A DNA stretch of 64,000 bases from Malacoraja senta (taxonomy: Eukaryota): assembly GCA_038087875.1 (NCBI GenBank), contig CM075988.1, positions 18,292,001-18,356,000 of the forward strand, in the 5' to 3' direction. Each line of letters opens with the position of its first letter. Within the stretch, counting starts at the first letter, position 1. The notes under the pieces are model-generated. The model was not told the origin of the DNA. It made no database searches and saw only the letters and a list, made by a program, of their open reading frames with translations. The translations under genes and the position numbers were made by a program. Below are positions 48,841-63,604 of this stretch, piece by piece.

Positions 48841-51800
48841 TATGGAGATGAGGAGGAATTTCTTTAGCCAGAGGGTGGTGAATCTGTGGAATTCATTGCC
48901 ACAGATGGCAGTGGAGGCCAAGTCATCGGGTATTTTTAAAGCACAAATTGATTAATAAGATTGTTAAAGGTTTCGGGAGAAGGCAGGAGAATGTGATTGG
49001 GGAGAGAAAGATAGATCAGCTATTACTGAATGGTAGAGCAGACTCGATGGGCCGAATACTGTTCCTTTGTCTTTCGGTCATCATCAAGGTAAAAGAGATA
49101 CTCACTTACATTTACCAACCGGAAACATTCACCATCTCTCTCCACAGTTGCTGCTTGACCTGCTGAGTCTTTCTGGCACCGATTTGATTTTGGATTTCCA
49201 ACACTTGGCTCCAATGTGTTCTACATTTCAGGTGTCCATGAGGATTACAGATAAACCAGGGTACTCCATCAGCTAATTGCACTCTCTCTCAACGATGTAC
49301 TTTAATCAAATACAATCAGCAATGCACTAGACAATCGATTACTTCTGTTGCTTTGTTGAGCCCCAGAGGTGTTCTGGCTTTTACTACAGCGAGCAGGTTT
49401 TAGCGTGGAGTGCCTGTCTCCACTCAGGGGACCGATACACTCGAGAGCCACAGAGGGGAGGGAGGTTAAAGCAGCGACTGGATTAGCCTGCAATTGTTAA
49501 GCCTCTTGATAGCATTTTGAGTGTCAATGCGACTGAAAGCTCTGAACTGACGGTGAACAGTGGACATTTATTGAAGACTGTACGTACGGGAGTGGTAGAC
49601 ACTGCCTGCTCCGTCACGGGTACTGACCTCCCCACCATCGAAGGATCTACAGGAGGCGCTGCCTCAACAAGCAGCCAGCTTCATCAAAGAACATCACCAC
49701 CCTGGCCCCGGCTGAACACCTCTGATGGACAAACCCAAGTCAGATGCTGTATTCCCCCTCAATACTGGGACACCAGCCTATATCTGCGATGACTTCATTG
49801 ATTAATTTATAGATACAGCATGGAAACTGGCCCTTCGGCCCACCGTGCCTAGACCGACCGTCAATCACCCGATATCTCAACGTTATTATATGTTTCTCCA
49901 CCATTCCCCACACACTGGGGACAACTTAAGAGAGGCCAATTCAACTTACAAACACCAGCACGTCTTTGGGGTGTGGGAGGAAACTGGAGCAGCTGGAGGA
50001 AACCCATGTGGTCACAGGGAGGACATGTAAACTTCACACTGACTGGAGCCGAGGTCAGGATCGAACCCGGGTCTCGGGTGCGGTGAGGCAGAAGCTCTAG
50101 CAGAGGAGTAGGACTTGAACTCGTAATCTTCAGACATTGGTCAGAGTGTGCAGGTACACATGCCGGGTGCACTCTTCAAGACTATTTTGGGCGGCACGGT
50201 GGCACAGCGGTGGAGTTGTCGGGTTCGATCCTGACTATGGGTGCTGTTTGTACGTTCTCCCCGTGACCATGTGGGTTTTCTCCAGGTGCTCCGGTTTCTC
50301 CGGTTTCCTCCCACACTCCAAACATGTACAAGCTTGTAAGTTAATTGTAGGTTAATTGGCTGGGTAAAATGGTACGTTGTAATTGTAAGTTGTCCCTAGT
50401 GTGTGTGGTGTGCGGGGACACTGGCCAGTGCGACGAAGGGCCTGTTCCCGTGCTGTATCTCTTAAACGAAACAAAACGAAACTATTCATCCAAACACATA
50501 ACTATTAAATTGTTGGAATCTCCCAGCAACTCTTCGACTGTGTTAAAGTTATATAACACCAACCAACCAAGGGCAAATGGATGGTGTGGCATGTTGGTCG
50601 GCATTATCGAGTTGGCCGAAGGGTCTGTTTCTGTGCTGTACAGCGCGATGGCTCTAACCTTGAGTCTGACTTGTTCACTGTGGGACAGCTAGGTTGGAGT
50701 AACACGCCTCCAGCTACAGGTTCTGCCTGACTACAAGTTGAAAGAAATTAAAAGAAAGGTTACAAACTATTATTTCCTAAAGATAACAAGGGGCCGTACT
50801 GATTACTTTTCCCATTCAAAGAACCTGCAACCCGACTGAGCTGTGATATAATAGTTGAGAAGAACTCAATCTGAACTGGGGATTAGATTACAGATCACTA
50901 CTTTGTAATTATTACCGGATATTCATTCATTTCCACATATTGTACCACTTCAATAATTAGCATGTTAAAGCAGAATTTAAAAAACTGCAATGATGCATGT
51001 GTCACTGAACTGAATGTGACAAACCAGTCAATATGCACAGATGCAAATCCGGTATATTTATTGCAGCTCACAATAATGCTAATTCTTCCATTGAACTTCC
51101 TTTTTGTATCTATATTGAGCACAGCAAAGAATCAGTAATGACCTCGGTCTACAGAATCCCTTTAGCACTAGGTCTCAGCTGGGAAATGTAACTCTGCCAC
51201 TCGCAGCTTCTAACGTTGTTGGCGAGGCCAAACTTGGATTATGGTGTTTGGTTTTGGTCAGCATAATAATGGGAAAGATGCCATTAGGCTGGAAGGTGCG
51301 CAGAGAAGATTTACGAGGATGTTGCCAGGACTCAAGGGCCTCAGCTATAGGGAGGGGTTGGGCAGGCTAGGTAGGGCCTTCCGAGAATTTCTGTAAAATT
51401 CTAAATAGCTTTGAACCCCTAAAATGGCTGGGGTTGTGAGCCCTATACAAGCAACGCTGGAAGTGGTTGAGGCAGGGACAATAACGACATTTAAAAGACT
51501 GGTTGATGTCAGCATGGGGGAGTTGGGTCGAAGGGCCTGTTTCCATGCTGTATATAATCCTATAACGCACTCCTGTCGGGAGAAACATCCATGGTGTAGG
51601 AAGGAAGTGCAGATGCTGGTTAAAACCGAAGATAGACACAAAATAACTCAGCGGGTCAGGCAGCATCTCTGGAGCAAAGGAATAGGTGACGTTTCGGATC
51701 GAGACCCTTCTTCAGACGTCCATGGTGTATGAAGAGGAACCGAGAGGCATACATCCTCATGTCAGGAATAGGTAGTTGTTGGCCAGTCAGTCCGAACTCC

Positions 51801-54214
51801 TGCTCCATTGTTGAACAGAGGCGTTTTAAAAATTAACATATTGCAAGTTTCCTGCACTAAATGAACCTCCTTGCTCTCTAAATCTCCAAAACTCTATCAA
51901 ACTTTTATATGGAATACACTCTCACAGAGTGTAAGCCTACATCTCCCTGAGGAAGAGAACTCAGTCATAGTCATACAGCAGGGAAACAGGCCCTTCGGCC
52001 CAACTCATCCATGCTGACCAAATCCAAATTAATCCCATTTGCTTACATTTGGCCCATATCCCCCAAATCTTTCCAAACTATGTACCTGTCTAAGTATCCA
52101 TTGAATGCTGTTATCGTCCTTGCCTCAACTATCTGCTCCGGCAGCTCGTTCCATAAATGTGAAAACATTGTCCCCCATCTCTGCTTATCATTTCTGTACT
52201 GAATGGCTAACCCTTTATTCTGAGCTGGACACCCCTGGCTCTGGACACTGAGCGAGAGTCCCCACATCTAACCTGCCCATCCTAAAGCCAAGCCACAAAC
52301 AATATCCAATAATATCACATCTTGTCTGCTCATGAAAAGCTGAATCCCTCCCCCCCCAAACCCCCCCCTCCCCCCCCCACCATTGACTCTTTAAAGAAAC
52401 AAAGATCGGTCTGATTCAGATCTGATAGCTGGAGGTACATCATACACTGTGGAAACATGCCCTTCGGCCCAACTTGCCCACACCGACCCACATATCCCAT
52501 CTACACTAGTCCAACCTGCCTGCGTTTGCCTACCTATGTCCTCTGGTTCTCAATTCCCCTACTCTGGGCAAGAGACTCTGTGCGCCTACCCGATCTATTC
52601 CTTTCATGATTCTGTACGCCTCTATAACATCAGCCCTCATCCTCCTGCGCTCCAAGCAATATAGTCCTAGCCTGCTCAACCTCTCCCTTTGGCTCAGGCC
52701 CCTCCTGAGTCCAGGCAACGTCCTCGTAAATCTTCTCTGTGCCCTTCCCAGCTCAACAACATCTTTCCTATGTGTAGGAAGAAACTAGTTTGAAGAAGGG
52801 TCTCGACCCTCTGTCCAACGATGCTGCCTGTCCTGCTGAGTTACTCCAGCTTTTTGTGAACATCTTTCCTATAATAGAGTGAGCAAAACTAACCAAAACA
52901 TCTGCCCAGAGAAGTCACTAAAGAGTAAAGCCTGTGACTACGCTTGTGTTCTCAGTCGAGAATTATAAATCAGTAAATAATTGCGTGAATCCAGCTGGAA
53001 ATAATATGCCCGCTTTGTTTAATGCATCAAAACTAAAGAGAGAGATTGATGGGGTGGGGAATTTGATTCTAAAGTCAAATCAGTACATTGAATATATCAA
53101 CTTTTTATCAACTTGCTGTCTATGCAAAACCGGCATTTAGCTCACCAAAACCCACATCTTAACCCATCAAGATTGATGCAACCACAAAGATAGCTCATTG
53201 ACATTAACTTAGAAACATAGAAAATAGGTGCAGTAGACCATTCAGCCCTTCGAACCATTCATTATGATCATGGCTGATCATCCAAAAACAGTACCCCGTT
53301 CCTGCATTCTCCCCATATCATTTGATTAGCCCTAAGAGCTATGTATACCTAACTCTCTCTTGATTACTTTCTTGGTAGATTGAGGAGATACAGTATGTTG
53401 GTGGGGTCAAGGAAAGAGCCATCACGTCGCGGCCCTGTTTCCGCCAATCTTTCCACCACTACGCACAAGAAGCGCAAGAAGCGACCAGACAGACCCCATT
53501 GTATGCAGATGCCGAGTAATGTGTTCAGCTCTGGTTGAACAACTAATCTTGTGTGTGGACTCGATAAGAAGTATGTTGGCGGGAATGCTGGTGAACTTCT
53601 ACAGGTGCGTGGTAGAGAGAACACCGACTGGTGATGTCGCAGCTGTTTCGGCAACTCAAGTGTTCAGGGATGAAGGGGACTGCAGAGAGTGATGGTCCTC
53701 CGGTCCATCACGGGTACTGAATGGAAGTTGCTGCCAGTTTGACTGGGATTCTCAGTGAAGGCTATGAATTTCCAGCTCTTTGCCCATCACAATCAGGTAG
53801 TGGCGACAGGAAGTAAAAAACGTTCAAGTCACAATATGCTGGAGTGTCTCAGCGGGTCAGGCAGCCTCTATGGAGGGATGGCCAGGCAACTTTTCTTCAT
53901 TCTGAAGAAAGGTCCCGACCCAAAACATCACCCGCCCATTCCATCCACAAATGATAACTTGACATATTAGTACAGGTGAACTTGATTAGTACAGGTGTCA
54001 GAGGTTATGGGGAGAAGGCAGGAGAATGGGGTGGGGAGGGAGAGATAGATCAGCCATGATTGAATGGCGGAGTAGACATGATGGGCTGAATTGTCTAATT
54101 ATACTCCTATTCCTTATCACCTTATGACCGGCTAAGTTTCTCCAGTATTTTGTGTTTTGCTTACGATTCCTGCATCCGCAGTTCCTTTTGTCTCCAAAAA
54201 ACATCAAGAATCTT

Positions 54215-54495
54215 GTGCGGCCCGGTGGCGCAACGGTGGGGTTGCTGCCTCACAGCGCCGGAGACCCGGGTTCGATCCTGGCCACGGCAGCTGTCTGTAT
54301 GGAGTTTGTACGTTCTCCCCGTGACCGCGTGGGTTTTTCCCGGGTGCTCCGGTTTCGTCCCACCTTCCAAAGACGAGCAGGTTTGTAGGGTGTTTGGCTT
54401 CTACAAATTGTCCCCAGTGTAGCAGGATAGAAATTTGGTCGGCGTGGGCCGAAGGGCCTGTTTCCACGCTGTGTCCGTAAACTAAACTAAAACCA
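54215..54495 (+). mobile_element. V-SINE (HE1-like)
   Basis: Family consensus. Confidence 0.85.
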
Positions 54496-55091
54496 AATAT
54501 TTCCCAAGAGTGTATTAAGTCGTGGGAAGGTGGCCCAGGCACCCTCAACCACCCCTCAACCACTCCCACACTAATATTTCACATTCATGTATACACCCAA
54601 AAGACATTAGAGTGAATGTAGATAATTAACAAAGATCAACAGCATCTTTATGCTGGTTAATGAAGTGCTTAACCCAATTAGAGCAACTCATTGTCTTCAC
54701 ACACAAGTGATTAGCCTCTGCAGCTGCATCAGAATTTTTTGCTCATTTGCACAATTTATGACCCTCTGATTCAAACTGTTCCTCGTTTGTGGATGGCTCT
54801 GTAAAACCACCAGATGATTGTAGAAGGATGGTCCCGGCCCGAAAACGTCACCCATCCCTTTTCTCCAGAGATGCTGCCTGACCCGCTGGGCTGCTCCAGC
54901 ACTTTGTGTCTATCTTCAGGTGATTGTAGGAGGTTTGGTTTGTAAGTTTGTGGATGGCTCACAAAGTTGTTATTATTGTTGTGGACAGCAAGTAAACGCT
55001 GTCTCCGGCTACAGTAGGGCATCGGTCCGATGGAAAGTTGGGCAGAGTGTTGGCAGATGGAAGTTAAGTGTGACGTTGGCATCAGTCTGAA

Positions 55092-55395
55092 GGGTGGCAC
55101 GGTGGCGCAGCGGTAGAGTTGCTGCCTTACAGCGCTTACAGTGCCAGAGACCCGGGTTCGATCCTGGCTATGGGTGCTTCTCTGCGCGGAGTTTGTACGT
55201 TCTCCCCGTGACCTGCGTGGGTTTTCTCCGGGAACTTAGGTTTCATCCCACACTCCAAAGACGTACAGGTTTGTAGGTTAATTGGCTTGGTAAAAATTGT
55301 CCCTAGTGTGGGTAGGATAGTGTTAATGTGCTGGTCGGCGCGGATTCTGTGGGCCAAAGGGCCAGTTTCCGCGCTGTATCTCTAAAACTAAAAAA
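55092..55395 (+). mobile_element. V-SINE (HE1-like)
   Basis: Family consensus. Confidence 0.85.
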
Positions 55396-55974
55396 CAGCT
55401 AAAGCGATGCATTTGGGAAGTTAAGTAGGGTTTGGACGTATATAGTAAATGGTGGGCACAAGAACATGCAGGTGCTGAAATCTTGATCGAAACACACAAT
55501 AGGTGCTGCAGGAACTCACTGGTTTAGGCAGCATTTGTGGAGAGAATGGACAGATGACATTTCGGGTCATCATCATTCTAGGTCTGGTCAGTTTGAAAGA
55601 AGGCCCTGACCCAAAATATCCAGACACAAATGCTGCCTGACCTGCTGAGTTCGTCCAGCAGTCAATAGTAGGACACTGAGGAATGTGATCAATGGGATCT
55701 GGGCGTTCAGGTCCATGGCTCCCTGGAAGTAGTAACAGAGGTAGTGGCGGCACAGTGGTGGAGCTACTGCCTTACAGCGCCAGAGACCTGGGTACCATCC
55801 TGACTAAGGGTGCTGCCTGTATGGAGTTTGCAGGTTTTCTCTGGGTGTTCTGGCACATTCCAAAGACGTGCAGATTTGTAGGTGAATTGGCTTCCGTAAA
55901 TTGTCCGCTAGTGTGTAGGATAGAACAAGCGTACGGGGATCATTGGTCAGCGCGGGCTCGACGGGCCGTAGGGC

Positions 55975-56132
<158 letters not shown>

Positions 56133-57079
56133 TTGAATGGACTCCTTCTGCGGAGTAGATTTTCTATGAGGAGTAACAGGCCATCATTCCCACAGACCCA
56201 GTATATAACCACAGTGATCCTCACCCATCACAGCACCTTTTAGGTGTCGTCACTGTTGTAAGGCAGGATGCACAGCGGCACTCTGCAGTCAACTGAAGGG
56301 CAACGCTTGGCTTTTACACCAGGGGCCCTCCCTGTGTTAGCACTAAATATAGCCAGGGATCTCTGGGAGAAAAGAGAGGCCTCGCGTAAATGTTTCATCC
56401 CAAGGTGATGTGTCTAAAGATACGGAACCACAGTTGGAAGCTAATTATATTTGGTCGTGGAGTTAAACCCTGCACATTATCAACAGCACAGTCTCAGTTT
56501 CACCTGCAAGGAGATGCAGGATTTCTCTCAGAAAGCTGCCTCGTCCAAAATAAAGTGAGTAGAACGGAACTGCAGATGCTAATAAACTCCGAAGAACAGC
56601 ACAGAGTTCTGGAGTAACTCAGCAGGTCAGGTAGCATCTCTGGAAAAAAATGGATGGGTAGCGTTTCGGGTTTGAGGACCCAAAACATCACCCATCCTTG
56701 TCCTCCAGAGATGTTGCTGACCGGCTGAGTTACTCCAGCACGTTGTATCTATCTTCGTCCAAAACAAACTTTGTTCGCTGATTAAACTGCTTGCCAAAAC
56801 CCGCCTCAGTGTGGCACAACGACGTGAAAGTGTAGACACCGTGTCAACATCGTGCATTCTATTTGTAACTAAACTATCGAACTCCGCGTGGTTAGTGGGC
56901 CAGTGAGCCAGCATTTCTCACACACACGAGCTGCCTAGCAAAGCCAGCGATTTATCCACAGCATTGGTCTACAGTAGATGGATGGATTGTTGGAGAAATG
57001 CCACATTAAAATGTTCAGTCCCACCACAAACTCAATCATGTGCACACAGATAGAGAGAGAGAGAGAGATAGCAAGCCAA

Positions 57080-57450
57080 GACGCTAAGTGCTGCAGTAAC
57101 CCGGAAGGTCAGGCAGCACCTGTGGAAAACATGGTTAGGTGACGAAAGATAGACACAAAGTGCTGGAGTAACTCAGCGGGTAGACAAAAACGCTGGAGAA
57201 ACTCAGCGGGTGAGGCAGCATCTATGGAGCGAAGGAAATAGGCGACGTTTCGGGTCGAGACCCTTCTTCAGACTTAGCAGGTCAGGCAGCATCTCTGGAT
57301 AGGTAATGGATAGGTGATGCTTCGGGCCGGGACGCTTCTGCAAACCCGAAACATCACCCATCTACGTACTCCAGAGATGCTGCCTGACCCGCTGAGTTAC
57401 TCCAACACGTTGCGTCTTTTTACTGCAAACCAGCAGCTGCAGTTCCTTGG
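57080..57450. mobile_element. Cluster of nested and inverted Penelope-terminal modules
   Basis: At least four partial modules; intact hammerhead-like core on the minus strand at 57244-57271. Confidence 0.7.
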
Positions 57451-57769
57451 GTCTCCGATAGAGAAGAGAGCAAATTGTTGTTTAGAAAGGTAATGGTTCA
57501 GGTTGTGTGTTATTGTTACAAAGATCATACAACAGCACTGCACAGGAACAGGCCCTTCGGCCCACAATGTCCATGCCGTACATGCTCCAAGATAAAATGG
57601 AGGGGTGCTGGGCAAGTCTCTTACACAAAGAGTGGTGGGGGCCTGGAACGCGCTGCCAGGGGTCATGATGGAGGCAAATACGATAGTGCTATTTAAGAGG
57701 CTTGTAGATAGGCACATGGAAGTGCAGGGAATAGTAGGATATGGATGTGTAGGAAAGAACTCCATATGC

Positions 57770-58715
57770 TGGACACAAAATGCTGGAGTAACTCAGCGGG
57801 TTAGGCAGCATCTCTGGAGTGAAAGAATGGGTGACGTTTCAGGTCGAGGCTCTTCTTCAGGGGAGCGGGCGGGACAGAGATAAAATGTAGTCAGAGACAG
57901 TAAGACTGGTGGGAGAACTGGGAAGGGGGAGGGGATGGAGAGAGAGGGAAAGCAAGGGCTATTTGAAGTTAGAGAAGTCAATGTTCATACCACTGGGGTG
58001 GAAGTTACCCACGTGAAATATGAGGTGCTGTTCCTCCAATTTGCGCTGTGCCTCACTCTGACAATGGAGGATGCCCAGGACAGAAAGGCCAGATTGGGAA
58101 TGGGAGGGGGAGTTAAAGTGCTGAGCAACCGGGAGATCAGGTAGGTTAAGACGGACTGAGCGGAGGTGTTCAGCAAAACGATCGCCGAGCCTGCGCTTGG
58201 TCTTGCCGAACGACAGGAGTTGACACCTGGAACAGCTGTCACAGTAGATGAGGTTGGAGGAGGTGCAAGTGAACCTCTGCCTCATCTGGAAAGACTGTCG
58301 GGGTCCTTGGATGGAGTCGAGGGGGGAGGTAAAGGGACAGGTGGTGAATCTCCTGCGGTTGCAGGGAAAAGTACCTGGGGAGGGGGTGGTTTGGGTGGGA
58401 AGGGACGAGTTGACCAGGGAGTTGCGGAGGGAACGGTCTCTGCGGAAAGCAGAAAGGGGTGGAGATGGGAAGATGTGGCCAGTAGTGGGATCCTGTTGGA
58501 GGTGGCGAAAATGTCGGAGGATTATATGCTGCATGCGACGGCTGATGGGGTGGAAGGTGAGGACAAGGGGGACCCTGTCCTTGTTACGAATGGGGGGAGG
58601 GGGATGGGGAGCAAGAGCGGAGCTGCGGGATATTGAGGAGACCCTAGTGAGAGCCTCATCTATAATGGAAGAGGGGAAACCCCCGTTTCCTAAAGAATGA
58701 GGACATCTCCGCCAA
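57770..58715 (-). mobile_element. Penelope-like element (RT C-terminal region, GIY-YIG, terminal module)
   Basis: ORF 57959-58534 PPLSAFRRDRSLRNSLV..FTCTSSNLIYC..RRLGDRFAEH..PSGMN; YIG degenerated to SFG. Confidence 0.9.
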
Positions 58716-59080
58716 CCTGATAAATGGGATATAGAAGGATATGGATCATGTACAGGTTGGTGAGATCAGTTTAACGTGACATCATGTTCTGTACACTTTG
58801 TACTTTTTAACGCAGAGACAGATAGATTCTTGAGTAGTACGGGTGTCTGGGGTAATGGGGAGAAGTCAGGAGAATGGGGTTGAGAGGGAGAGATAGATCA
58901 GCCATGGTTGAAAGGCGGAGTAGACGTTGGGCTGAAAGGCCTAATTCTGCTCCTATCATTTATGAGTTTATGAAGTTACTAAATCTGGGATTGTACTTAA
59001 ATACAGTGAAGATTCACTGAACTGTGTGCGAAAAAAGGAATTCCACTGTCCCTCGGTACATATAATAATATAGAACCACT

Positions 59081-59223
59081 TCTTCTTCTTCTTGCCTATG
59101 ACGTGCACAGCCTAAAGTTGTTGGACAACTTGTTCTATTTGATCTTATTTGATTGTGCACGCCAGGTTGATTGCATTCGTCAAAACAGGGTGGACCACGC
59201 GAAGGTTGCAATCTCCCACCCCA
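59081..59223 (-). mobile_element. Short element with (GAA)n tail, Ingi/Vingi-like
   Basis: Minus-strand end cgtcataggcaagaagaagaag; flanks AGAACCACT / AGAAGCACT. Confidence 0.5.
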
Positions 59224-59857
59224 AGAAGCACTGAAGGGCCTGTTCTAAGTTGTAAGGCCTCAACCTTCTTGCTTGCTACATGGGTTGGTATCCTCCATCC
59301 AAGGAGAACGGCAGTTTTCAATTAGAAACTGCAGCCTGTATCAGAACCACACAAGGTGAAGTTCCCCTGCACTGAACCATCCACAATGCTGCAGAGATTA
59401 CAGGGAGGACGTCACATTCCCAGTACAAATAGGCTGGCAAGTAAGCAGATGATCAGCAACAGAAATCTTCAGCAAATAAGCAGATTAATCCAGGCGCATT
59501 CAGATATATACGCGGTTTATTCCAGCGACATTGGAAACCAAATCTGTAGCTTATCCAATTAATAATTCCCACAGTGTATGATTATGATCTGTAGTGTTCA
59601 GGGGCTATTTGTTTTTATTTAAAAATCTTTATTTGCAAAAAAACAACTGTACTCTGGAGAGCTCCACAAACAGAAGCAATTAAATCCACTGCTCGGTGCG
59701 ATCGTGCAAGGTGTTGTAAAAGGGAGAGGTTGTGGTGTTAGGGTCTAATTTTAATTTGGCAACGCTGTTTAAGTGTGGCGCGTTTGCAGCAGGGTAAACT
59801 GGCCAGACATCACCCCACATCGTTCCCTGAACCATACGGAGGGCTCTTGCCCAGAAG

Positions 59858-60160
59858 TGGTGGCACGGTGGCGCAGTGGTAGAGTTGCTGCGTTATAAGG
59901 CGAGAGACCAGGTTCGATCCTGACTACTGGTGCTATCTGTATGGAGTTCGTACATTATGCCCGTGACCTGCGTGGGTTTTCCCCGGGTGTTCCGGTTTCC
60001 TCCCACACTCCAAAGACGTACATTGTAAGTTGTAAATTGTAATTGTAAATTGTAAAATTGTAATTTGTCCCTCCTGTGTGTACAATAGTGCTAGTGTACG
60101 GGGATCGACAGTCGGCGTGGGCCGGAGGGCCTGTTTCCACGCTGCATCTTTAAAATTAAA
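59858..60160 (+). mobile_element. V-SINE (HE1-like)
   Basis: Family consensus with expanded (aattgt)n. Confidence 0.85.
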
Positions 60161-60969
60161 CTCAAATTAAAGTGCCGGGCGGTGAGGGAGGGGGGTGAAG
60201 AGGAACACTGGCCATTGGGACAGGTAAAGAGGGCTCTCGTGCTAATGGTTACTCACAAGGCATGGTGGTGAGTTGATTTTTATACAGTCGTGTCCAGGTG
60301 TGAATGATCCTGGACGGTGCATCAGCTGCCCACGTATGGTTTGCCAGGATCATAGTGACACAGCACAGAATCACGCCCTTTGGCCCATGCCAGCCATGAT
60401 GCCCCATCTAAGATAACCTATTTGCCCTCGTTTGGCCCATATTCCTCTGAACCATTTGGCCATTCGTGTGTTTAGATGGAAAGGAGCTACACAAATGGAA
60501 ATAAGCGAGTTCGGTATTCCACCTGCGCATGCCTAGGTCATGGGTCATTCGGGATAAAGATTCTCGCCAGCTGATCTACTGTGTGTGTATGGACCTGCGT
60601 ATTCATTTCAATGAGATTTATAAATAAATGTATCTGTCAAATATGTCAGCAGTAGGCCACTGCGTACTGCAGGCTGCACAAACCCCAAATTGTATTGATT
60701 TAAATTATTGACTCAATACAGCACCAGCCTTGAAAACGCAAGAATGCCTGGAACGAACCTGTCAATTATCAAATCCCTGGCATTAGCCTGAGTTACAGCC
60801 ATTCAAACTCAATATTGATTTACACGAATTACAAGTTGTGTGGTCAACCAATTTGAGACAGTCCTTACATTCCTATCTAAACAACCTTCCTGGATTGAAG
60901 GAACCGAGGAGAATGTGCTGTGTGGGGGATAGGTTGGAAAGTTCAGATTGGATTTGAACAGGCTGGTTA

Positions 60970-61133
60970 AGGGGCTGTCCCACTGCGGCGACCTAATCCG
61001 CGAGTTTAGAAGAGTTTGCCCTTGACTCATACTCGCAGCATGGTCGACACGAGGTCCTAGGAGGTCTTTGTAACTCTCCTTCATGCTCGAGAGTAGTCCC
61101 GGCGTACTCGAGGCCTCAGCTAGGTCGCGGCGA
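60970..61133. mobile_element. Truncated Harbinger-like MITE (left end only)
   Basis: tta|aggggctgtcccactgcggcgacc; no matching right TIR found. Confidence 0.55.
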
Positions 61134-62334
61134 CCTGGGCTGATCTGATCTGACAGCCCTCTCGCCAGCTCGCTGCGTGCCCGATCCTAACGCAGAACCC
61201 CCACAAAACCTTTGGTCTTTGGGTAACACCTGCACAAAGAGCCTCTGCTACCAAGGGCTGGCGAAGTGTGCTGGTCAACGTGCACTGGGCGAGATGGCTG
61301 GGGGAAAGCGCACTGCAACCACTGCAAACTTGGAACAGCACCGACCCTCCACTCAATCTATCCAATACTATTTCACAGTAAAATGTCTTATATCGGATTG
61401 GCGGCTCTTTCACAGGGCCAACCCTGTACTCAGTTTTCCCCGGAGATGAATCTTTGCCTTAACGGTGCATTCCCAACGCCTCTAGGTAAAGCATCAGCCC
61501 TCATCACACTGATAGTCGCTGCCTGCCTCAGATCCAATATATTTTTACACATACATTATTAATAAAGATAAGAAAATGTTTCAAACACAAGTAATATTTT
61601 CTTATTCCAGTAGCAAACACATTAAGGACTAAATGGAAATAATCAATTCTTTAACTTTTTGAATAATATCATAATTGCAGATGAATGAACTGAACTAGAA
61701 CTGGGACTGTGCAAGTAGTGTGTGAACAGCAGAACAAGAAAGGAGGCTATTGAGTTGACAGAATTCTAGATTAATTCCTTGGTAGAATAGTTATCAATTT
61801 TGTACACAGTTTATACAGCGCTGCGTTGGCTTGTTTTTAATCCCGAACGACCTTTGACAAATCCCATGATTCCTTGTGTTTATCGGATACTGAGTTGGAT
61901 GATCAGCCATGATCATATTGAATGGCGGTGTAGGCTCGAAGGGCCGAATGGCCTACTCCTGCACCTATTTTCTATGTATCTATGTATCGGGATACCGAAC
62001 TCGCTTACTGTTGTAGTTGCAAGGACACAACTGTGCAGCTTCCACACAGTCATCAGTCAGGGGAAGCCATCAGTCCTGGCTTGGCTTCCTGTCCATGGTC
62101 TCGTTCCCCGGAGATACGTTGTGTATTTATGGACGCTGTCTCACTGCCTCACCTGCTCTCCCGGCTGCAAACCAAGTCCTCTGTTCCCATCTGTTTGTTT
62201 ATTTTGTCATAATTATGACAAATATGAGGAACACGCTATAATAATCCTTGTGTTTCATCCATCTGGATGTCAGACACGGAGTGTAAATCAGTGCGGGTTT
62301 AACCAGGTACAATTCCAGCCTTGGTCATCATCTG

Positions 62335-62635
62335 TTTAGTTTAGAGATGCAGCGCGGAAACGGGCCCTTCGACCCACCGAGCCTGCACTGACCAGTGATC
62401 CCCACACATGAACACTGTCCCACTCTAAGGACAATTTATACAATTATACCAAGCCAATTAACCTTACAAACCTGTGTGTCTTTGGAGTGTGGGAGGAAAC
62501 CAACGTTTTTGGAGAAAACCCACACAGGTCACGGAGAGAATGTACAAACACCGTAAAGACAGCACCCTTAGTCGGGATTGAACTCAGGTCTCTGGCGCTG
62601 TAAGGCAGCAACTCTCCCGCTGCGCCACCGTGCCA
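62335..62635 (-). mobile_element. V-SINE (HE1-like)
   Basis: Family consensus. Confidence 0.85.
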
Positions 62636-63604
62636 CCGTTACCTTTTGGGTGGTCAGATAGCAGCGCAGGTCACAGGTGCTATTAACCCCAGCCCAAGAT
62701 ACAAGTAAAATCCCCCCCGCATTCAAAGCCAAATTGAAACACAATCCTTTTCAGGGTTTCACTTCGACCAGGGAAAGCCCTGAAATAATAAAACAACATT
62801 TCACTCGGTTCAAATTAAAGTCCCAGGAAAGGCTTCAGCCAGAAAGAGTCATCTGTGTCTTGACTCGCTGGAAGAGCCCAACGATGACCGTGTGGCCTCC
62901 ACAAACATCTTGTTACCGTCACAGAGTCATACATCATGGAAACAGGCCCTTTGGTCCAACTCGTCCATGCTGACCTAGAGATCAAACAGCCCACCTCGTC
63001 TCAAAACCCAACAGTCCACAAGCTTTTAAATAACAGGTGGCACAGTGGTTGCAGAGGGAGAGTTGCCAGAGAACCGGGTTCGATCCTGACTGCGGGTGCT
63101 GCCTGTAAGGAGTTTGTGCGTTCTCCCTGTGACCATGTGGGTTTTCTCCCACACTCCAAAGACGTGCAGGTTTGCAGGGTTAATTCATCATCGTTGAAAA
63201 CATTAGCGACGCAGTGGTGCTGGTTTCCGACGGGAACGGTGACGGACGCACCACACATCTCTGTCCTCCAGTTCCTGCGGACTTACGCCGCTGGAAATAT
63301 AGGATTTTGGTGAGTGTGCTATATCATCATTCCTTACACAATGCCATGTACGACAGTGATCGCAACGTCTACTGAAGTGTGGATGGCCGTTGGCTCACTA
63401 GGAGCTCACCCGCCCTTTGACAGGTCTTGTTTTTGGTCCTGCTGGGGGTCCACAGCCCCCTCCTCACCTGGCAAACCAGGTGGGGGAGACGGTTTGGTCG
63501 CCGACTATCCGACCATGGAGCAGGTTGCCGTGGGGGGGGGGAGGGGAGGAGGGGGGGGGGGGGGGGAGGGGGGGGGGAACTCCCCCCGACCTGACCTTCT
63601 GGTA

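Noticed and set aside
53379..53500. Exon-like segment with AG/GT ends and a KKRKKR motif
   Set aside because: Two frames are open, the donor is weak, and it resembles the (GAA)n-tailed repeat at 59081-59223
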